Made by a program: the position numbers and the translations under genes
From: Draconibacterium sp.
GTDB taxonomy: Bacteria > Bacteroidota > Bacteroidia > Bacteroidales > Prolixibacteraceae
Reading direction: 5' to 3'
Length of the DNA stretch: 64,000 nucleotides
Assembly (NCBI GenBank): GCA_035399765.1
Contig: DAOPJR010000002.1
Coordinates: 14,696 to 78,695 of the forward strand
The notes under the pieces: model-generated
What the model was told of the DNA's origin: nothing
The model's input: the letters and a program-made list of their open reading frames with translations, nothing else
Databases searched by the model: none
In this document: positions 9,949 to 19,483 of the stretch, in pieces
How the letters are laid out: the number at the start of each line of letters is the position of its first letter
Position numbering within the stretch: the stretch's first letter is position 1

Positions 9949-11169
9949 CTAGTTTTTTTTCAACTCTTCTATTTTTTTCTGAAAGCCATCTTCGTATCCT
10001 AATTTGAATCTTTTTGACAATTCAATTCCCAAAACGTAAGTGTCAATTGCTTTATCTGTTTGGTTACTTACTTCATACAATTGAGCCAGATTAGTCAAAA
10101 TACCAACGTATTTTGGGTATGCTTCAGAAGCTCTTTTAAAAACTGTTATCGCTCCCGACAGGTTCTCATCATTTTTCAGTTTGAATGCTAAATCGAAATA
10201 GTCTCCCACAGGCCTTCTTGCTTTTTCACCATACTTATTCATTAGTTGTTGTTCTTCTTTTAAAAAAGATTCATTGCTATAATTCTCACTGAATTCTTGC
10301 GTAGGTTTTAAATCAGAAAAAATAAATTTTAAGCCATTATAATTAAGGATGAGCCGGGCATCATCATGTCCTTCATCCCCAACTTCTTCGTGCATCCAAT
10401 GCAGGGGCTTGGGTTCATTATTTTTGATCACCTCGGTGTAACGAATCAACTCCTGTCGCATTCCCCAGCCATCACCTCCTCCAATTCCAAAATATATCGA
10501 TTTGTTCATGTCGGAATGCGATTTAAAAAATGCCGGAGCTTTCTTTGTCATCTCTTCGCTATTCCACCATAAAGCCGGCGACTGAACAATAAGAGCATCA
10601 AATAATTCCGGTTTTTCCATTAAAGTATAAACACTAAATAGTCCACCAAATGAATGCCCTTCTAAAATACGGTAAGGGTGGGTTCTGTAATTAGATTCAA
10701 CATAGGGGATCAATTCTTTGTGTAAAAACTGAAGAAATTTGGATGCTCCACCACTTTGTGGAAGATCAGCGTTACCGCTTCCGCCATATACATTCTTTCC
10801 GGCAGTGGAAGGAGTAAAATCTCTTGTCCTGTCTAAACTTTCAATACCCACAATTATCATTGGTGGAACAATTCCTGATTCTGTGAGTAACTCAACCGTA
10901 CCTACTACATGTTTTATGTTTTGAACCCCATCCAAAAGATAAAGAACAGGATAGCCGGTGTCGCTCTCTTTGTATCCGCTTGGCAAGGAAATAATAAATG
11001 GACGGTTTTCCTTTAATATTTCAGAATATAGATGGTTATATGTGCCTAGCCCCAAAAGCTGATTGTTGTTGCTTACTTCTATTTTTTCGGCTAATTGTGC
11101 TCTGATACTGAATTGACAGCTGATTAGAAAAAGTACTACAAGTGAAATTTTGAGTGTTTTGTAATTCAT
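9949..11169 (-). CDS. Exported IroE/Fes-like alpha/beta hydrolase with C-terminal TPR
   Basis: Signal peptide, YPVLYLLDG, RTRDFTP, GHSFGG nucleophile elbow, EGH; helical TPR-like C-terminus. Confidence 0.8.
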   Translation of the reverse strand: MNYKTLKISLVVLFLISCQFSIRAQLAEKIEVSNNNQLLGLGTYNHLYSEILKENRPFIISLPSGYKESDTGYPVLYLLDGVQNIKHVVGTVELLTESGIVPPMIIVGIESLDRTRDFTPSTAGKNVYGGSGNADLPQSGGASKFLQFLHKELIPYVESNYRTHPYRILEGHSFGGLFSVYTLMEKPELFDALIVQSPALWWNSEEMTKKAPAFFKSHSDMNKSIYFGIGGGDGWGMRQELIRYTEVIKNNEPKPLHWMHEEVGDEGHDDARLILNYNGLKFIFSDLKPTQEFSENYSNESFLKEEQQLMNKYGEKARRPVGDYFDLAFKLKNDENLSGAITVFKRASEAYPKYVGILTNLAQLYEVSNQTDKAIDTYVLGIELSKRFKLGYEDGFQKKIEELKKN

Positions 11170-11417
11170 AAGATTAAATCATTTCTACTGAAGACGATTT
11201 TGTCTTATTTATATTACATATTAATTAAATATTGCACTTGGGTATGTTCAATCTGTTTATATCTATATTCTCAATTTGTATTCTTTTTAGCTATTGCGAA
11301 GCGGGTATTTAATGGATAAACATCTTGTAGTTAACCAAAATTTATTGTTGGGAAAGAGTATAATCGTAAGAGAGAAAAGATAAATTGGGGTAATGGTGGT
11401 ATATGTACTAATAAAAA

Positions 11418-11447
11418 GACCTTCAGGGTTTTGAAACCCTAAAGGTC
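11418..11447. repeat. Palindromic REP-like element / terminator of the PIG-L gene
   Basis: GACCTTCAGGGTTTTGAAACCCTAAAGGTC near-perfect hairpin followed by a T-run on the minus strand. Confidence 0.6.
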
Positions 11448-11459
11448 CGGGTCTTCATT

Positions 11460-12332
11460 TTATTTTCCCAGCATCGGGAATAACATTTTTATGTCTTCAT
11501 CAGAAGGATGTCTTCCAAATTCACAAATTTCAAAAGCTTCGGCAGCGGTAACTTTTTCGGCTCTTTCTTTTCCATACCATTTTTCAAGTGATGCCCTGAT
11601 TGCCGGAGTTGGACTGTTAAAACGCCTTTTCTCCAACCATTCCAAACGGGCCTGTTCACCTTCGGGGACCTCGTCGAGTGCGCCATCTAGCCAGGGAAGC
11701 CACTCAAAAAACTGTGATTCGTGAGCCGATGCCGCATAGATTTTTTTATCATAAACGGCAGAAATATCAACGGCAATATCAGGCTGAAAAGGATTCGGTT
11801 TCTGAAATCCATCCTGCGAGTACAAAAATACCGGATTCACTTTTAAGGCCGGTACATCAGGTGCCACATTCGGAACGGTTACCAGAAAGGCAGCATCTTG
11901 TACAACAATACCGGTATTACGGTGGTCAGGATGATAATCATATGGCCGGGGCGAGATTACCACATCTGCATTCCAGCTACGAATCAAACGAATAACCTGT
12001 TTTCTCAACTCAAGCGTTGGCATGAGTTCTGCATCGTGGTTATCGAGTACTTTGTAAGTTACACCAAAACGTTTCCCAGCTTCCTGTGCTTCTGCTGTTC
12101 TAATTTTCGCCAGCGCTCCGCCACCTTTGGAAAAATGACCGGCATCACCATTAGTGAGTGAAACAAATAAAACGTTGTGTCCCATTTGCGCAAATTGGAT
12201 GGCAGTTCCTCCTGCGTCCAGGTCACAATCGTCGGGGTGTGCCCCAATAACAACAATATTCAGTTTGGAATCCTGTGCCTGGATGGTAAAAGCGATTAGT
12301 ACACTTAAAAAGAATAGAGTGAATGTTTTCAT
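11460..12332 (-). CDS. PIG-L/LmbE family deacetylase, exported
   Basis: GAHPDD and HPDH metal motifs; signal peptide (TIQA-Q). Confidence 0.88.
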   Translation of the reverse strand: MKTFTLFFLSVLIAFTIQAQDSKLNIVVIGAHPDDCDLDAGGTAIQFAQMGHNVLFVSLTNGDAGHFSKGGGALAKIRTAEAQEAGKRFGVTYKVLDNHDAELMPTLELRKQVIRLIRSWNADVVISPRPYDYHPDHRNTGIVVQDAAFLVTVPNVAPDVPALKVNPVFLYSQDGFQKPNPFQPDIAVDISAVYDKKIYAASAHESQFFEWLPWLDGALDEVPEGEQARLEWLEKRRFNSPTPAIRASLEKWYGKERAEKVTAAEAFEICEFGRHPSDEDIKMLFPMLGK

Positions 12333-12420
12333 AAGTCAGTGGTTTAGTTTATCGGAAGTTAAGGTAAATGTTTTTTTGCAAAGTAAAAAAGAGATTTTGC
12401 TTTAAAAGCAGGCTTCTAAT

Positions 12421-14439
12421 CTATGGGCTTTCATTTTCATAGATTAAGCTATTAATCAGATCATCATCCGCTATTTCAGGAAGTGTCACTTTCAGGTTTG
12501 GATTTTCCTTCATCGCCTGTTCAATCGCAAAACGGGCAGGTTTATTTCGTGCCCAGCTTCGCCGCGAGATACCGTTATTTACATCCCAATGAAGCATCAT
12601 TTTCAATCGCTCTTCGGCTTCGGCTGTTCCGTCGATTGTCATTCCAAAACCACCATTAATTACTTCGCCCCAGCCAACACCACCACCGTTGTGCAACGAC
12701 ACCCAGGTAGCGCCACGAAAAGCGTCACCCACAAAGTTTTGTACGGCCATGTCGGCCGTGAAGGAAGAGCCGTCGTAAATATTGGAAGTTTCACGGTAAG
12801 GCGAATCGGTGCCCGAAACATCGTGGTGATCGCGGCCCAAAACAATAGGTGCTGAAATTTTTCCATCACGTATGGCATCATTAAAAGCCTTGGCAATCTG
12901 AGTTCGGCCTTTACAATCGGCATATAAAATGCGTGCCTGCGAACCAACCACCAGTTTGTTTTTACCGGCTTCACGAATCCAGTGGATGTTGTCTTCCATT
13001 TGCCGGGTAATTTCATTTGGTGATTCCTTTGCCAGGCTTTCCAATACTTCAGCAGCAATCCGATCCGAAGTTTCAAGGTCTTTTGGATTGCCAGAAGTAC
13101 ATACCCATCGGAATGGTCCAAAACCATAATCGAAAAACAGCGGCCCCATAATATCCTGAACATACGAAGGATAAATAAAATCACCTTTTTCGTTGGTAAT
13201 ATCAGCTCCGGCACGACTGGCTTCCAACAGGAAGGCATTTCCGTAATCCCAGAAATACATGCCACGTGCAGTCATTTTATTCACCGCTACTACATGTCGC
13301 CGTAGCGACTCATATACTTTCTCACGGAAAAGTTCAGGTTGTTCCGCCATCATTTTATTTGACTCATCAAACGATTGTCCCACAGGATAATAACCTCCTG
13401 CAAACGGATTATGAAGCGAAGTTTGATCTGAACCCAATTCAACTGGAACATTTTCTTCTACGAGTTTTTCCCAGAGGTCAATCACGTTTCCCTGATAAGC
13501 CAGCGAAACAGCCTCTTTTTCCTCCCTGGCTGTTTTTATTCGAAGAAGAAGTTCATTCAAATCAGTAAACACTTCATCTACCCACCCTTGCGAATGACGA
13601 ACTTCAACCGCTTTCGGATTTACTTCTGCTACCACGCAGATCATTCCGGCAATTACTGCAGCTTTGGGTTGTGCTCCCGACATTCCTCCCAGTCCACTTG
13701 TTACGAAAATTTTCCCGGCAACCTCTCCCTGCGAATGGATTCGGGCTGCGTTCATAACTGTTATGGTGGTTCCGTGTACAATTCCCTGCGGACCAATGTA
13801 CATGTACGATCCGGCAGTCATTTGTCCGTATTGCGAAACGCCAAGTGCATTCATTCGTTCGTAATCGTCACGGCCTGAATAATTTGGAATCACCATGCCG
13901 TTGGTAACAACCATACGTGGTGCGTTTTTATGCGATGGAAACAAACCCATCGGATGGCCGGAATACATTACCAATGTCTGTTCATCGGTCATCTCGGACA
14001 GGTATTTCATCGTAAGCAGGTATTGCGCCCAGTTTTGAAATACTGCCCCATTTCCTCCGTAAGTGATCAGTTCATGCGGATGTTGTGCCACTTTTGGATT
14101 GAGATTATTCTGAATCATCAGCATAATGGAAGCCGCCTGTTTCGATCTCGCCGGGTATTCATCAATTGGACGGGCTTGCATTTCATAATCGGGGCGGAAC
14201 CGGTACATGTATATTCGTCCAAACATTTCGAGCTCATTCAAAAATTCGGAAGCCAGAACTTCATGAAATTTTTGCGGGAAATAACGAAGAGCATTTTTCA
14301 GAGCCAGTTTCTTTTCATCACTGGTTAAAATATCTTTTCGTTTTGGGGCGTGATTGATGCTTGAGTCGTATGGTTTTGGAAGTGGCAGTTCAGCCGGAAT
14401 ACCTTCTAAAATTACTTCTCTGAAATGTGCCTTTATCAT
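12421..14439 (-). CDS. hutU: Urocanate hydratase (long form)
   Basis: HPHELITYGGNG, YGQMTAGSYMYIGPQGIVHGT, GLGGMSGAQPKA, SDQTSLHN, GRDHHDVSG, HNGGGVGWG. Confidence 0.96.
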   Translation of the reverse strand: MIKAHFREVILEGIPAELPLPKPYDSSINHAPKRKDILTSDEKKLALKNALRYFPQKFHEVLASEFLNELEMFGRIYMYRFRPDYEMQARPIDEYPARSKQAASIMLMIQNNLNPKVAQHPHELITYGGNGAVFQNWAQYLLTMKYLSEMTDEQTLVMYSGHPMGLFPSHKNAPRMVVTNGMVIPNYSGRDDYERMNALGVSQYGQMTAGSYMYIGPQGIVHGTTITVMNAARIHSQGEVAGKIFVTSGLGGMSGAQPKAAVIAGMICVVAEVNPKAVEVRHSQGWVDEVFTDLNELLLRIKTAREEKEAVSLAYQGNVIDLWEKLVEENVPVELGSDQTSLHNPFAGGYYPVGQSFDESNKMMAEQPELFREKVYESLRRHVVAVNKMTARGMYFWDYGNAFLLEASRAGADITNEKGDFIYPSYVQDIMGPLFFDYGFGPFRWVCTSGNPKDLETSDRIAAEVLESLAKESPNEITRQMEDNIHWIREAGKNKLVVGSQARILYADCKGRTQIAKAFNDAIRDGKISAPIVLGRDHHDVSGTDSPYRETSNIYDGSSFTADMAVQNFVGDAFRGATWVSLHNGGGVGWGEVINGGFGMTIDGTAEAEERLKMMLHWDVNNGISRRSWARNKPARFAIEQAMKENPNLKVTLPEIADDDLINSLIYENESP

Positions 14440-14564
14440 GATAATTTCTCCTTAATCTTATTAATTTCGGGGTACAACGGCAAAATATCGCCTTTCCCCG
14501 ATAATTGCGATGATATTTGGCACTTTTTAAGAATATTTGTTACCATTCAAAATAAATAAAGAAA

Positions 14565-15143
14565 ATGAAACGATTTGGAATTGTACTGATAGCAGTTGTG
14601 AGTGCCTTTTTGTTTTCCAGTTGCGGATACAACAAGATGGTTGAAATGGATGAACAGGTAACCTCGCAATGGGCGCAGGTTGAAAACGTTTACCAGCGCC
14701 GGGCTGATTTGATCCCGAATTTGGTAAATACTGTAAAAGGTTATGCTGCGCACGAACAGGAAACCCTGGAAGGAGTGATTGAAGCACGTTCAAAAGCCTC
14801 TTCCGTAAATATTGATGCCGATAAACTGACTCCGGAAACCATTCAGCAATTTACACAGGCTCAGGATGGACTCTCTTCAGCATTAAGCCGTTTAATGGTG
14901 GTTGTGGAACGTTATCCCGACCTGAAGGCCAACCAGAATTTTCTGGATTTACAGGCACAACTGGAAGGAACAGAAAACAGGATTGCAGTGGAAAGGAAGA
15001 AGTTTAATGAAGTAACGCAGAGCTATAATGCTTATATCCGAAAATTCCCGCAGGTGATTTACTCGGGCTGGTTTGGGTTTGATAAGAAAACATATTTTGA
15101 AGCTCAGCAGGGAGCAGAAAAAGCACCTGAAGTGCAGTTCTAA
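14565..15143 (+). CDS. lemA: LemA family lipoprotein
   Basis: SSCGYN lipobox, YQRRADLIPNLV, ERYPDLKAN, LEGTENRI. Confidence 0.93.
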   Translation: MKRFGIVLIAVVSAFLFSSCGYNKMVEMDEQVTSQWAQVENVYQRRADLIPNLVNTVKGYAAHEQETLEGVIEARSKASSVNIDADKLTPETIQQFTQAQDGLSSALSRLMVVVERYPDLKANQNFLDLQAQLEGTENRIAVERKKFNEVTQSYNAYIRKFPQVIYSGWFGFDKKTYFEAQQGAEKAPEVQF

Positions 15144-15167
15144 AACTGAATAGTTGAACAACAGAAC

Positions 15168-15203
15168 GTCATGCTGGACATCAGTTGATGGATTCAGCAT
15201 GAC
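15168..15203. repeat. Intergenic palindromic hairpin (REP-like)
   Basis: GTCATGCTG...CAGCATGAC outer stem with inner CATC-agtt-GATG stem, no U-tail, inside the lemA operon. Confidence 0.55.
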
Positions 15204-15224
15204 AGATTTTTTAAAATGTAAAAA

Positions 15225-15662
15225 ATGGGAGTACAGAAATATTTTTCGGAAGCAGATAAGCTCCAGATAACAAATGCAATACGGGTAGCTGAGACCAATA
15301 CGTCGGGAGAGATTCGTGTGCATATTGAGAATAAATGTGTGGGAGATGTACTTGACCGTGCAGCTTACATTTTTGAAAAGCTGGAAATGCACAAAACTGC
15401 TCTTCGAAACGGAGTGTTGTTTTACCTGGCCATGGACGACCGGAAGTTTGCCATTTTGGGTGATGCTGGAATTAACAAAGAAGTTGCCGAAGATTTCTGG
15501 GAAAGTACAAAGGAAGTGGTGATCAAAAAACTGAAAGAAGGAAAAATTGCAGAAGGACTTGCCAATGGAATCATCAAAGCCGGAGATCAATTAAAATCGC
15601 ATTTCCCTTATCAGAAAGACGATATCAATGAATTGTCAGACGATATTTCGTTTGGAAAATAG
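15225..15662 (+). CDS. TPM domain protein
   Basis: AETNTSGEIRVHIE, RNGVLFYLA, GDAGIN, DINELSD; typical lemA operon partner. Confidence 0.88.
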   Translation: MGVQKYFSEADKLQITNAIRVAETNTSGEIRVHIENKCVGDVLDRAAYIFEKLEMHKTALRNGVLFYLAMDDRKFAILGDAGINKEVAEDFWESTKEVVIKKLKEGKIAEGLANGIIKAGDQLKSHFPYQKDDINELSDDISFGK

Positions 15663-15669
15663 AAAAATC

Positions 15670-16455
15670 ATGAAAAAATTAATATCAACACTACTGGCAA
15701 TTTTCTCCGTTTCAATTGTATTGAATGCACAGATACCTGATCGTCCTGTACCGCCCCGGCTGGTGAATGATTTTGCAGGTGTGCTTAATAAAAACGAATA
15801 CAGTAAACTTGAAAATACACTGGAAGACTTTGCCCGACAGACTTCCACACAAATAGTAGTAGTAACTGTTGCCGATCTGGATGGATATGACCGGTCTGAT
15901 TATGCCTTTCAACTGGGTGAAAAATGGGGAGTCGGTCAAAAGGGAAAAGACAATGGTATTGTTGTACTTCTGAAACCCAAAAGCGGGAACAGTAGCGGTC
16001 AGGTTTTTATAGCAACTGGCTATGGCCTGGAAGGGGTATTGCCAGATGCGATTGTAAACCGGGAAGTAGTTGATAACGAGATGATTCCCCAGTTTAAGCA
16101 AAACGATTATTATGGTGGACTTGCTGCCGGCTTGAATGTCATTATGGCGATTACAAGAGGAGAATACACTGCCGAGCAATACAAGGAAAAAGTAGATGCA
16201 GGTGGAGCTGCCGGAATTCCTTTTATATTCATTTTATTCATTCTGATGTTTGTTCTGTTAGGGCGTCGTCGAAGAGGACGGTTTTACTCTCCGGGAAGAA
16301 GCCTGCCTTTCTGGTTGGCCATGGGAATGATGTCAGGAAGCAACCGGTCATCAGGTTCTTTTGGTAATTTTTCTTCGGGAGGAGGAAGCTTTGGCGGATT
16401 TGGTGGCTTCGGCGGAGGAAGTTTTGGTGGCGGAGGCGCTGGCGGAAGCTGGTAG
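15670..16455 (+). CDS. TPM domain (YgcG-like) membrane protein with Gly-rich tail
   Basis: VNDFAGVL, WGVGQKGKDNG, TGYGLEGVLPD, TM helix, GGGSFGGGGAGGSW tail. Confidence 0.9.
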   Translation: MKKLISTLLAIFSVSIVLNAQIPDRPVPPRLVNDFAGVLNKNEYSKLENTLEDFARQTSTQIVVVTVADLDGYDRSDYAFQLGEKWGVGQKGKDNGIVVLLKPKSGNSSGQVFIATGYGLEGVLPDAIVNREVVDNEMIPQFKQNDYYGGLAAGLNVIMAITRGEYTAEQYKEKVDAGGAAGIPFIFILFILMFVLLGRRRRGRFYSPGRSLPFWLAMGMMSGSNRSSGSFGNFSSGGGSFGGFGGFGGGSFGGGGAGGSW

Positions 16456-16543
16456 ACTTTAGTCGAAAGTTTAGAGTTTATAGTCATTCACCGGTTGAAT
16501 TTATATCTTTCAGTGAATGAATTACAAAATAATGTTCAAGTAT

Positions 16544-16577
16544 CCGTCTTTCGTGTTTTTCGGAAGGCGGTTTTTTT
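16544..16577 (+). terminator. Intrinsic terminator of the lemA-TPM operon
   Basis: CCGTCTTTCG...CGGAAGGCGG stem followed by T7. Confidence 0.7.
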
Positions 16578-16602
16578 CTGCTTTTTTCAAAAGGGATTAA
16601 AT

Positions 16603-16634
16603 AAAAAAGCCGGTCCCTTCAGGAAACCGGCTTT
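16603..16634 (-). terminator. Intrinsic terminator of the merR-nif3-zinc ribbon operon
   Basis: AAAAAAGCCGGT...ACCGGCTTT stem with A-run (U-tail on minus strand). Confidence 0.7.
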
Positions 16635-16652
16635 ATAGTATTTTAGATTAGC

Positions 16653-17429
16653 TTATTCAGCTACGTCTTCAATCACATTGATGTTTTCATCCACCAAGAT
16701 ACGGCCACAATATTCGCAAACAATAATCTTTTTGCGACTTGCAATATCTAACTGACGCTGTGGTGGAATGTTCGCGAAGCAACCTCCGCAAGCATCACGC
16801 TGGATGGTTACAACTGCCAAACCATTGCGAGCATTTTTACGGATACGTTTGAAAGCTGTCAGCAGACGAGGCTCGATAAATGATTCGATTTTTTCTGATT
16901 TGGCTTTCATTTTTTCCTCTTCAATCTTGGTTTCTTCAGTAATCTCTTCCAGTTCTTTTTTCTTACGCTCCAGGTCTTCTTCGCGTTCTTTCAACTGTGT
17001 TTTTGATTCCGAAATCGCCTCTTTTTTAGAGGTCATATCGGTAGTGAATTCGCGAATACGTTTTTCAGATAATTCGATTTCCAGGGTCTGGAACTCGATT
17101 TCTTTTGAAAGTGAGTCAAATTCACGGTTGTTACGAACGTTGTTCTGTTGTTCCGTATATTTTGCGATCAAAGCCTGAGAATCTTTGATGGCAATTTTTT
17201 TATTGTTAATGGCTGTATCCAGATTCTTGATTTCATCGTCAAGATTCACCAACCTGGTTTTTAACCCGGCAATATCATCTTCCAGGTCCTGTACTTCCAA
17301 CGGAAGTTCTCCCCGTAATGTTTTAATCTTGTCAATTTCTGAAACTACAGTTTGCAATTCATGCAGTGCGCGTAGTTTTTCTTCAATCGAAAGGTCTTTT
17401 TCTTCTTGCCTTGAATAGGATGTATTCAT
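16653..17429 (-). CDS. Coiled-coil + C4 zinc-ribbon protein (CT398/HP0958 family)
   Basis: Long coiled coil, NNREFD.L.KEIE, ACGGC...IPPQ...CEYCGRIL. Confidence 0.9.
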   Translation of the reverse strand: MNTSYSRQEEKDLSIEEKLRALHELQTVVSEIDKIKTLRGELPLEVQDLEDDIAGLKTRLVNLDDEIKNLDTAINNKKIAIKDSQALIAKYTEQQNNVRNNREFDSLSKEIEFQTLEIELSEKRIREFTTDMTSKKEAISESKTQLKEREEDLERKKKELEEITEETKIEEEKMKAKSEKIESFIEPRLLTAFKRIRKNARNGLAVVTIQRDACGGCFANIPPQRQLDIASRKKIIVCEYCGRILVDENINVIEDVAE

Positions 17430-17563
17430 GCCTTCAATATTTTATTTATTTATTCTCTTTGTTTTGCAGGCTTTCCTGCTTTCATTCAATTGTCTCCGGG
17501 CTTATAACGTGCTGGTGGACAAAATGTTTTTATATTTTGCTCCCGCAGGTTTTTAACCAAAAA

Positions 17564-18661
17564 TCAGAAGTAAAAAACCGGGTTGGTATTTACCCCTGAC
17601 AAACGGACTGCAAATGTAGAGAATTTTTTCGTAAGTAACTCATAAAAAAGTTCTTTAGTGAACTGTTCACTTTCAAAATGTCCCACATCTGCAATTACAA
17701 TTTTATTTTCAGCGTCGAAGAACTGATGATATTTAAAATCGCCACTGATAAATATATCGGCACCGGTTGAAATAGCGCGATTCAGAAGAGATGATCCTGC
17801 ACCACCACAGACAGCCACTTTTTTTACATTTTTGCCCAATAACCGTGTATGTTTAATGGCTCCGGTCCCAAGGGTATCTTTTACCTGCTGCAAAAATTCG
17901 GTTTCGCTTTTTTCTGCAGGAAGCTCACCGATCATGCCCATTCCGACCCGTTCAAATTTATTCTCGAGCGGATAAATATCGTATGCTACTTCTTCGTAAG
18001 GATGTGCATTTAATAAGGCAGTAATTACTTTTGACTGGATATAGGAAGGAAAAACAGTCTCGAAGCGAATTTCATTTTCGTAATGATGTTTTCCTTTTTC
18101 ACCCACAAAAGGATGCGTTGAGTCATTTCCACGAAATGTACCTTGCCCGTGAGTGTTGAAACTGCATGAATCGTAATTCCCAATGTGTCCGGCCCCGGCG
18201 GAAAAAACGGCTTCCCGAACTTTCTCAGCATGATCTACAGGAATAAAAGTGACAAGTTTCTTTAATAATCCATCTGCAGTTTCCAATATCCTGCAGTTTT
18301 CGAGGCCAAGTTTTTCACATATCTTCCCATTTACGCCATTCGTAACACTATCCAAATTGGTGTGGGCGGCATAAATAGCAATGTCGTTTTTTATGGCTTT
18401 TAAAACGGTGCGCTCCACATAATTTCTCCCCGTGATTTTTTTCAAACCTGAAAAAATAATAGGGTGGTGTGCTACAACAAGATTGCATTTTTGCTGAATA
18501 GCTTCTTCTATTATTTCTTCGGTTACATCAAGGGTAATCAGTATTCCTTTTACTTCCTCTGTCGTATCGCCAATTATCAATCCGGCATTATCATATGATT
18601 CCTGTAGTCGCAGAGGTGCGATAGTTTCCAGAAAATTGGCTATGTCTTTAATCTTTGTCAT
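17564..18661 (-). CDS. Nif3-like (YbgI/YqfO) dinuclear metal centre protein
   Basis: QESYDNAGL, AHHPIIF, HTNLD, AHPYEEVAYD PII-like insert, GHFESE. Confidence 0.93.
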   Translation of the reverse strand: MTKIKDIANFLETIAPLRLQESYDNAGLIIGDTTEEVKGILITLDVTEEIIEEAIQQKCNLVVAHHPIIFSGLKKITGRNYVERTVLKAIKNDIAIYAAHTNLDSVTNGVNGKICEKLGLENCRILETADGLLKKLVTFIPVDHAEKVREAVFSAGAGHIGNYDSCSFNTHGQGTFRGNDSTHPFVGEKGKHHYENEIRFETVFPSYIQSKVITALLNAHPYEEVAYDIYPLENKFERVGMGMIGELPAEKSETEFLQQVKDTLGTGAIKHTRLLGKNVKKVAVCGGAGSSLLNRAISTGADIFISGDFKYHQFFDAENKIVIADVGHFESEQFTKELFYELLTKKFSTFAVRLSGVNTNPVFYF

Positions 18662-18995
18662 TGAATCCGTTTCTGATTTCAATCAATTCCTGTTTAATAT
18701 CCTGAAGACGTTTTGCGATTTCATAATTGTTGAGGGTATCTTCTCTATTGTCTTTCAGTTTTTGCCGGGCTCCTTTAATAGTCAGGCCCCGCTCCTTCAC
18801 CAGGTAATTGATGAGTCGAATGGTTTCAATGTCTTCCTTGGTAAAGAGCCGGTTTCCCTTTTTGTTTTTAAAAGGTTTCAACGCCTCAAACTGCTGCTCC
18901 CAATAACGGATATGCGAAGGATTGAGCCCGAACATTTCGGATACTTCGCCTACTGAGTAGTAAATTTTTTCTATTTCGGGTTTTTTGTAAGGCAC
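18648..18995 (-). CDS. MerR family HTH regulator
   Basis: YYSVGEVSEMF, IRYWEQQF, KGNRLF, GLTIKGARQKL; GTG start. Confidence 0.88.
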   Translation of the reverse strand: MPYKKPEIEKIYYSVGEVSEMFGLNPSHIRYWEQQFEALKPFKNKKGNRLFTKEDIETIRLINYLVKERGLTIKGARQKLKDNREDTLNNYEIAKRLQDIKQELIEIRNGFNDKD

Positions 18996-19281
18996 CTTTT
19001 TCGTGATTTGACATGCAAGATAGTTAGATTTTAAAATGAGAGCAAAATTAATAACATCGTCATTTGGATCATATGATCAACTAATCAAAATATTTTGCCG
19101 GGGTTTGTGGTTAATTGATTAAATAACTTATAAAACATCTTCAAATCCTTCACTAAGTTGTATGTTATAGATACATGTCTTGCAAAAATATTTTGGAATT
19201 TAGATTTAAAATTATACTTTGCCGGTCCATTAAGTTTTTACAGAAGAAGTTAAACCCATTAAGTTAAGCTGGAGGACGGTC

Positions 19282-19419
19282 ATGAATGAATACATTTTAG
19301 TTACTGTTGTACTTTTATTATTGTTTTTTTACATCCGGTATTTACTAAAATATCCGGAAGATTTTGCGAATTATTATACGCGTATAAGGTTCTATAAGCA
19401 ATCACCTGAAATAGAATAA
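19282..19419 (+). CDS. Putative 45-aa single-TM small protein (not in ORF track)
   Basis: MNEYILVTVVLLLLFFYIRYLLKYPEDFANYYTRIRFYKQSPEIE*; GGAGG at 19271-19275; sits in a 490-nt intergenic gap. Confidence 0.4.
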   Translation: MNEYILVTVVLLLLFFYIRYLLKYPEDFANYYTRIRFYKQSPEIE

Positions 19420-19483
19420 TCGTTCCTAAAACAAGCAAAACTTTCACCAGTTCGTTAGTGGAAGTTATAAATATGCTTTAAAA

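Noticed and set aside
12660-13265. 201-aa alternative-frame ORF inside hutU
   Set aside because: Wholly nested in a highly conserved gene, no motifs; shadow ORF
14949-15590. 213-aa antisense ORF over lemA/TPM
   Set aside because: Antisense to well-supported genes, no recognisable domain
16370-16452. GGN-rich repetitive tract
   Set aside because: Encodes the normal Gly-rich tail of TPM/YgcG proteins; not a repeat array
16768-17418. Ser-rich antisense ORFs opposite the zinc-ribbon gene
   Set aside because: Mirror of Glu/Lys-rich coiled-coil codons
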